Assembly (NCBI GenBank): GCA_030141605.1
Contig: JAQGDQ010000025.1
Location: forward strand, 102,185 to 166,184
Origin: Tubiluchus corallicola
Lineage: Eukaryota > Animalia > Priapulida
DNA: 64,000 nucleotides
Direction of reading: 5' to 3'
Below, piece after piece: positions 57,301 through 64,000 of this stretch (position 1 is its first letter; every line of letters begins with the position of its first letter). The translations under genes were made by a program, and so were the position numbers. The notes under the pieces are model-generated. The model saw only the letters and a list, made by a program, of their open reading frames with translations. It ran no database searches and was not told the origin of the DNA.

Positions 57301-60300
57301 TTCCTTGTGTTGGATTATTGCAGCAGTATTGACATTTTTGTTAGCTATGCTTGCCAGCAAGTTAGACGTTTCCAAGCTGACGTTTGATATGAGAAACGTT
57401 TTGGTAATCATTTCTTGCCACTGCCTCTATAGTTATTTCCAATTAAAATGTTGAACACTCGTAACATAATTTCTCTACATCAAAATGCACGTAAACATAA
57501 GTATGTTTATACCTATCCCATCAGTAAGATAATTCAGCATGCTGCAAGAACAAAGTCTTAGCAATATGTTCAGATGGTTATACAGTAAATGCACCCCTTC
57601 AATGAGATAAATAGAGACACATCAGATAAAACTGCCTAGCAGTAGATTTGCAAAACTCTGCATACAAATTATAGCTAAATTGTGGTGATGGCACGATGTT
57701 AAAATTGAATCTTCCAATGCTCACCCCTACCTCTCACCAGATCACTTAATGTTGCTTGAATTCAGAAAAGATACATTACATTATTTCAGGAAACAAAGTG
57801 TGATCAGAATAAAATGCCCCTATGCAGACGTGATGTAGTGGAAGCACTAATCAGGACTCCATCCCATTGTGAACTGCGCTTTCAGGTACGTACACTGGCT
57901 GCCCAAAATCATTCTGTCTTGTAAATGAAAAATTCTTTGAAAACGTAGATAGAAATAAAGATGACTTGATTAGAAGAACTTTTTAATTCAGAAAATCATC
58001 AATTAGATCAGTGCTGTTATGGAAAACACATTAAGACCAGAGTATTTTCACTTTCACGTATTTGTTAACAAGTATAAAAATTTTTACAACCCGTTAGCAT
58101 CCCTCTGACATCTCACCAATTGACATCCATTGCTTTGGTAAATGAGATGAAAATTTTTGTTTCATTACGTGTAACCAAAAACCAGTTACAGATAATGAAC
58201 AGGAGATCAGCTTTTTTTTACAACCTTGTGGCTTATTCTGGAGTTTCAAAAATTGAATGGCTTGTTGAATCTGATAGCTGCATAAAATTGTTTATCACTT
58301 TTTATGTTGGACTACAAGGACAATAGTGCTTAATTTCTATTTCAAAAAGAAAATCACGGTTTTTAGTAGGATATGTATTCACACTAAAGACAAATACATT
58401 ACAGACCTGCAAACAATGTTGTAAAAATAAGTGTGAAACCATGAGTAGAAAACCAAAGAGTCATCTAGTCCCTGGCAGGAGTCCAGGGGGCAAATTGTCC
58501 CAGAAAATTTTGCATTTTTGGATACCAAAATCAGATTATGAAAAAGTTAAAAGCAAAATACTGTAAAGAAATTAAGGTAATGTTTTGGTACTACTTAGCT
58601 TTCTTATGCTGTTATTGCAGTTCAAAGTGCTTTGTACACGTATAAATAATAATAATGTTCTTCTGTACACACGGAAAGCTTTATAGCACCCAAAAGGGTT
58701 TAACTTTCAATAATTATAACTTTAAATGTACATCGTTAGATTCATGAATGCTACTATATTATCGAGAGTAATACTACTAATTGTGTTTTGGTGGTACTGG
58801 TGGCAAAGGAAAGCAGGTAATTTTCAAAACTGCGTGAAGTTGCAAAATGAATGTGTGAGATTTAAAATGCATGTGATACATGACTAATGCATGAGAGTTG
58901 GCAGGTCTGATACTAGCATTTTAAATGAGACCGCTTGGCTTACAATTATTATCCACCGAAGTACATAATCATTTGTGAAATCGTCAACTAAGTTTTTTGC
59001 TTGCTTGTAGGGAGTAAATCTGAGTGGAGCCGATCTTTCAAAACTCGATTTGAGGTTTATCAATTTTAAGTATGCAGTTTTGCAAAACACGATACTGACT
59101 CAGGCAAATCTGTCGTGTTGCTTGATGGAGCGTGCCGACCTAAGTGGAGCCAAACTTGATGTATGTATTTCAATCACTACATCTGAGCGTAAAGTGCTTA
59201 CATTAGCTATACTTCATGGCTTCTCTGATGTAGTCCTTAACTATAGATATGTAGTCTTTATCATTAGATGATAAAACAGACAAACAATTTAAGCAGTTAA
59301 TTTCGTTTATCTTATTTTGGTCTTTTTAAGCAAACAGTAACTTCAATACACGTAATTAACCCTTTCACTACGGAAAGCAGCACAATGCCGCCTATGTTTT
59401 TCTTGTAAGGGACGGAAGGCGGCAGCCTGCCGCCCGAGCCCAGCACTACAATTACTCAGGTCTGTTTATTTCACTGCTATGGACATGCAAAAACATTGTA
59501 GAAAAGTTTAACAGCAGTAGGACTGTTATTGCTTCGCAACAAGTAACACTAATCAGCCTGTCAGCATCTGAAACCAGGTGCATTCCATAATGCTGTACTA
59601 TAGAGTATGTTCTCATGCAAAATTGCTTGTTGATAGTTGGTGAAACGTTTATTCACTTGTTCGGCGCTCTTATAAAATAATTGCGTATTATGGATTAGTA
59701 ATATGACTTTTGTGTAAATCGTCCTCTAAATATAAGCATGTGCTTATTTGTGTGGGTGTGCGCATGCATGCATGCAACTGTGCATGTGTATAAATAAAAC
59801 TAATATTCAATATTAGTGTTTAATAACAAATGGCTATTTGTTTATTTGCAAGATTCTATTTTAGTAACACACAACAAGAAGTTAATGTCAAATGCGCAAA
59901 AGCCAATGCCGCCCTGTTAAAAAGCAACTACGTAGTGAGAGTTAACAAAGTTGACAATTTTTTACGATGCTGAATGTGAAAGTCGACCACGACGAAATGT
60001 TTTTATAAATTTAAGTTTAATTAAGTTCATTCTAATTGAGGCCATTCTAAAAGTAAAAGTTCACTTTGGCCTTAAAACAATTTGGAACTGAAGCTTATTA
60101 TAACTTTTAGAGTAATTCACACTGCATATGGAAAAGTAAAGAGAAAATTTTATTGTGAAAATAAAACGTGAAAAAATGATAATATTTACATAGCTGTGTC
60201 AGACACAGATCCACCATTCTTTCAAAAAAGTTGCAAACAACATGTTAGTGATTTTCACTAATGCTAAAACTATTTCAGGGTGCCAACCTTTTGGGTGTGA

Positions 60301-62617
60301 AGATGCTTTGTGCAAATTTAGAAGGTGCTTCATTAAAAGGATGCAATTTTGAAGATCCGGCCGGAAGCAGAGCGAACATGGAAGGTACAGTTTCTCATTG
60401 TTACAGCAGGCCATGAGCAAGAAAAGGCTTTGCCACAGTGTAGAAAAACCTGTGGCAAACTTTTCGCATACCACCCTAATCAATCACGAAACGTAATCTA
60501 AACATACATTTTAGATTAGTGTAGTTTGTTATTTACAAACTAATTTAAACAAAAAAAACAACAGCATTGGTTTCTGCTTTTTGCTTGCTAGGCGACATGA
60601 ATCACTTTCTTTTCTTGGTGAAACAACTTGCATGCCCGATGCCTTATTAGGACTGTAAACAAAAAAACTAAGGTGGCCAACCGAATTTCAATCTAAAAGC
60701 TTTGATCAGGCTATCCTTCAGCAAAATTACTTCCCTTAATCACAAGTGAAAGTTATGTTCGTGATGGTATGATGACACGTGTCGATAATTATCATATCGA
60801 CATTATGCTAGGAATATCGTTATCGTATCGAGTTTAGCATGTATCGTTGCTTATCATGTACCTTTATAAAATCGCGTCACTTTTCTATTTATTTACAACA
60901 ATTATGCAAAAAAGTAGATAAAAAATTATTTAAATTATAAGCTTGTCAGCTGCCGTATCAGTTTCTTGTACTTTCGCCTGGCAATAATGGCTATTTACAG
61001 TCTGAATCATACTGACGATGTATACAGGCCTCTTTATACATTTAGTGTCATTTTCCAGAACATGTGTAGCCGGCATACATAAATATTTTTATCGCAATAA
61101 TATGTTTACCTGTTGTTGCTTGCTTCTTTACGAATCACTATTACAAACAAATTTGTGTTTCATAACTAGCAGTCATTTAAGTATAAGCGCTGAACAATTT
61201 TAATTTCTGATATCGTATTGTATCATCTAAAACAGTTTATCGTTATCGTATCGTTGGAAAAAAGTATTGTATCTTATCGTGTCGCCAAATTGGTATCATT
61301 TCGCATCTCTATGAACTATGATTTTCGAAACTGAATTTTACAGAAAGCAAACATGTAAAAACATAAATGAAAGCACATTTCTTACAGTGAATCCTGATTA
61401 CAAACTAAAATTAGGCTGATTTCACTTTTAGCTTAAAATTGATCAGAACCTAAGCACAGCTAGTCTGTTGCAGGTTGAGTTTTGCATTTTTAAGCAATAT
61501 GTTAGACTTAGAACATTAAAATGGATTTTAAAATGCATACTGCTTTCCTGGTGAAGTTTTTTATCCACAATTTCCAAAAAATGCTTCATCAGAGAGTTTA
61601 CTTATCCAATTGATGCATTAATTATAAGATCAGAGCTGCATGCGTGTCTGACACACACGTGTTCATGCTTTTGTAAATTTTACTTTTTTGATAACGTTGG
61701 TACAAGCTTTTAAAATATACAAAGAATGTTAGATTTTGTAAATGTTACTTATTTCCGCAAAATGGTGCAAAAAATATTATCATTTGATTAATGTGGATGT
61801 AAAAACAATTCCTATGTTCACATTTATTTTTGTAGCAAAGTTCTGAGCTTTTCAGTTAGTTACATGCATACTCACTGAAAGTATCACTTCACTCCTTGAG
61901 CTAGTTTGTCTTGGAATGACAGACACCCCAGTGTATTCATTTATACAAGTTTCTTTCTTTTAAAGGAAAATCTGACGACCCAATGTTAAACTATGGGTTA
62001 AAACAATCTACTCTATAAAGTATTGGAACACATTCTTTTTTCAACAATTACTGACATGAAAGAATCATTTACTGCAGAATGATAATTTCACATTTGCGCG
62101 GCTAATTCTTCGCTGTATCTGCATCTTGGAAGCATGCTGCACAAAAAACAGGTGATTGTGACGTAGTGCACATGTTCAAGAGCTTTTGCGCGAGTGCAAT
62201 GGTAAACTTGAAATTTGAGGTCAAAGTTTACCGAGTAGCACCACTTCAATTTTTGCTTTTTCAAATAAGTGCAAAACACCCGTAAAATGTTTGTGCGGTT
62301 GAAAATGTTCAGTTGTGATGTCACCAGCAGTAACCCATTGTGTAATGAACAGAAGTGCTTTGGCACTAATATTGGTGTTAAAATACATACCTTTTACTAT
62401 ATTTCAAAATGGGGTGTGATATGAAAAATCATGCATCCTGTTTTCCTTTAACAAATTCATTTTTCAATTTGTTGTGTTTTTAGGTGTAAATATGAAAGGT
62501 GTGCAGATGGAGGGTAGTCAAATGGTTGGAGTAAACTTGCGAGTGGCAAATCTGCGGAACTCCAATCTTCAGAACTGTGACCTGCGCGGTGCCGTATTAG
62601 CAGGTGCCGACTTAGAG
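51307..62617 (+). CDS. KCTD9: BTB/POZ domain protein KCTD9 (KHA + BTB + pentapeptide repeats), 3' end not found in window
   Basis: Phase-consistent exons: 51307-51375, 53070-53241, 53547-53652, 54557-54753, 57019-57086, 57790-57885, 59011-59160, 60279-60384, 62484-62617. Motifs: [93 protein letters not shown], pentapeptide repeats. No terminal exon was identified before 64000. Confidence 0.95.
51480..51630 (+). mobile_element. Small LINE (CR1/L2) 3' fragment
   Basis: Translates RSHFFSFRFVGSWNSL, similar to the R--FFS-R-V--WNSLP motif at the end of CR1/L2 ORF2. Confidence 0.5.
54780..55104. mobile_element. MITE with TAGGGATGAGCAT / ATGCTCACCCCT termini, copy 2
   Basis: Imperfect TIRs; homologous to 43006-43404. 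Confidence 0.65.
55404..56470 (-). mobile_element. Internally deleted hAT element with 8-bp TSD, interrupted by a nested MITE
   Basis: TSD AGCTCAAT (55396-55403) / AGCTTAAT (56471-56478). Minus-strand relic AERFFNLLKQIKTCLHFTMGEDRLSELTLLSIERELATEVDY matches the hAT dimerisation domain. The 55410-55700 portion is the reverse complement of sequence at ~1380-1730. Confidence 0.8.
55720..56225. mobile_element. MITE (CAGAC(C/T)T(G/C)CCAAC TIR family) nested in the hAT element
   Basis: Inverted homolog of 58402-58909: GTAGCATTCATGAATCTAAC here versus GTTAGATTCATGAATGCTAC there. Confidence 0.7.
58402..58909. mobile_element. MITE with TIRs CAGACCTGCAAAC / GTTGGCAGGTCTG
   Basis: Terminal inverted repeats; inverted relative to the copy at 55720-56225. 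Confidence 0.75.
59360..59941. mobile_element. piggyBac-like MITE
   Basis: TTAA|CCCTTTCACTACG ... CGTAGTGAGAG|TTAA: TTAA target and CCC-type TIR. Confidence 0.7.
60770..61311. mobile_element. MITE with ATCGTATCG sub-terminal repeats
   Basis: Clusters of TATCG/ATCGT at both ends and a 3' terminus CGCATCTCTA; the left terminus is decayed. Confidence 0.45.
61960..62451. mobile_element. TTAA-flanked Kolobok-like MITE, copy 2
   Basis: TTAA|AGGAAAATCTGACGACCCAATGTTAAACT ... AAAATGGGGTGTGATATGAAAAATCATGCATCCTGTTTTCCT|TTAA. Confidence 0.7.
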
Positions 62618-62960
62618 GTAAGATACTTGACTTATGTATAATCGCATATTCTGAATGCAAATCATTTGATTTGAAGGTTAATATAATCTGGGCAAACACA
62701 CAGCTGATGGTAAATAAACACTTTTAAATATGAATGGACATTGCTGTTCAACAATGATTGTTTGGCATCATCTAAAAATTTAAATGTTCTGGAAGTTCAC
62801 TAAACACTTTGCTAAGAAGATCCGTATTTTTACACAATTTTATAAGAATGATCGGGAACCAAGCTATGCAGCTTTGCCAAGGAGTTTAGATCAAAGCTCA
62901 CTTACTGTTAGTGCACAACTGCTGCATTGCCTTAACAAGTGAAGATAAGCCATACTAGTA

Positions 62961-63310
62961 CATTCAGGATCGTAAATTTTATTCATTCTGTGCCTGTTAC
63001 TTCATAGTCCATATTTGAGACTAGTTCGTTGTTGCAGAGGTTCTGTCATTCAGGAACGTAAATTTTATTCATTCTGTGCCTGTTACTTCATAGTCCATAT
63101 TTGAGACTAGTTGTTGTTTCAGAGGTCCTGTCATTCAGGACTATACACTTTATCTATTCTGTGCCTGTTACATCATCACAGTCCACATTTGAGACTAATC
63201 TATTTGTCAGTTGTTTCAGAGGTCCTGTCATTCAGGACCATAAATTTTATCTACTCTGTGCCTGTTATTTCACAGTCCATATTTGAGACTACTACTCTAC
63301 TTATCAGTTG
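62961..63310. repeat. Degenerate tandem repeat, ~85-97-bp unit, 4 copies
   Basis: CATTCAGGA...CTGTGCCTGTTA...AGTCCA(T/C)ATTTGAGACTA starts at 62961, 63047, 63132 and 63229. Confidence 0.85.
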
Positions 63311-64000
63311 TTTTGTTACAGAACCACAAATTTTGTTTATTTTTACTTTACACCTATATGAAAAATGGTATCCATATTAGTACTGAAAGATATTTCAGTC
63401 TTTTAATGAACTATACACAAAAACTCTTCGTTGTTCTTGCTAAATTCTTGTCATCAGCAAGCACTGGTGTATCATGTTCGACTACTTAAATATACTAAGG
63501 CTGATGACTTTCATTATCGTAGGTCTGATGACTTTCATTGTCGCAGAGAAATTTTGCGGTATAACACGCCATGACCTATAGCAGAAATTTTTGCAGTAAG
63601 ATGCACAGTATGCAGTGTTGTAATGATTAATAACATCAACTTTATTTAACAATAATCACAACCTGACATGCACTTAAATTGCATTATAAAATTATTCAAT
63701 GCACAATTGAAAATGTTCGTTCTTGCCTATTGTCAATTAGGTTTATTTTACAAGTAATTTATCCATAACAATTACTACTTAAAAACATGAGCATGCATTG
63801 CTTCGTTGGGACCACACCCAAATTTGTTTTACACAACCTCAAATGAAATTGGCCTCACGACAAAGTCTGTGACATGTGTAGTGGAGTAACCATCAGTTCA
63901 AATGCAACTCCTATCAGATTTGCACCTCGTAAATTTGCTTCGTGAAGATCGGAGCCCGTGAGATCACAATTCTACGAAAAAAAAACTAAGAATAGCAATG

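Overview
This is AT-rich, intron- and repeat-rich animal (probably invertebrate) nuclear DNA, not prokaryotic. Five protein-coding genes can be rebuilt by hand from GT-AG splice sites and reading-frame phases. (1) Acetoacetyl-CoA synthetase (AACS, minus strand), whose 677-aa CDS lies in a single exon. (2) A 10-exon SLC22/organic-cation-transporter-like gene (plus). (3) PTCD3/mS39, a mitochondrial PPR protein (minus, 19-20 exons, 20182-50191). (4) KCTD9 (plus, from 51307, running off the window end), head-to-head with PTCD3. (5) A complete, divergent, apparently secreted short pentraxin (CRP/SAP-like) gene that the ORF track does not show. It has 6-7 exons (24876-30859) and a candidate TATA/Inr promoter, and it is nested on the SAME strand inside the ~9.9-kb PTCD3 intron 22821-32748. 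Its exon phases also allow in-frame splicing with host exons. Introns carry many MITEs and transposon relics (hAT, Tc1/pogo, piggyBac-, Kolobok- and Harbinger-like, LINE 3' ends, tRNA-derived SINEs) plus several minisatellites. Family assignments come from recalled motifs; no database searches were run.
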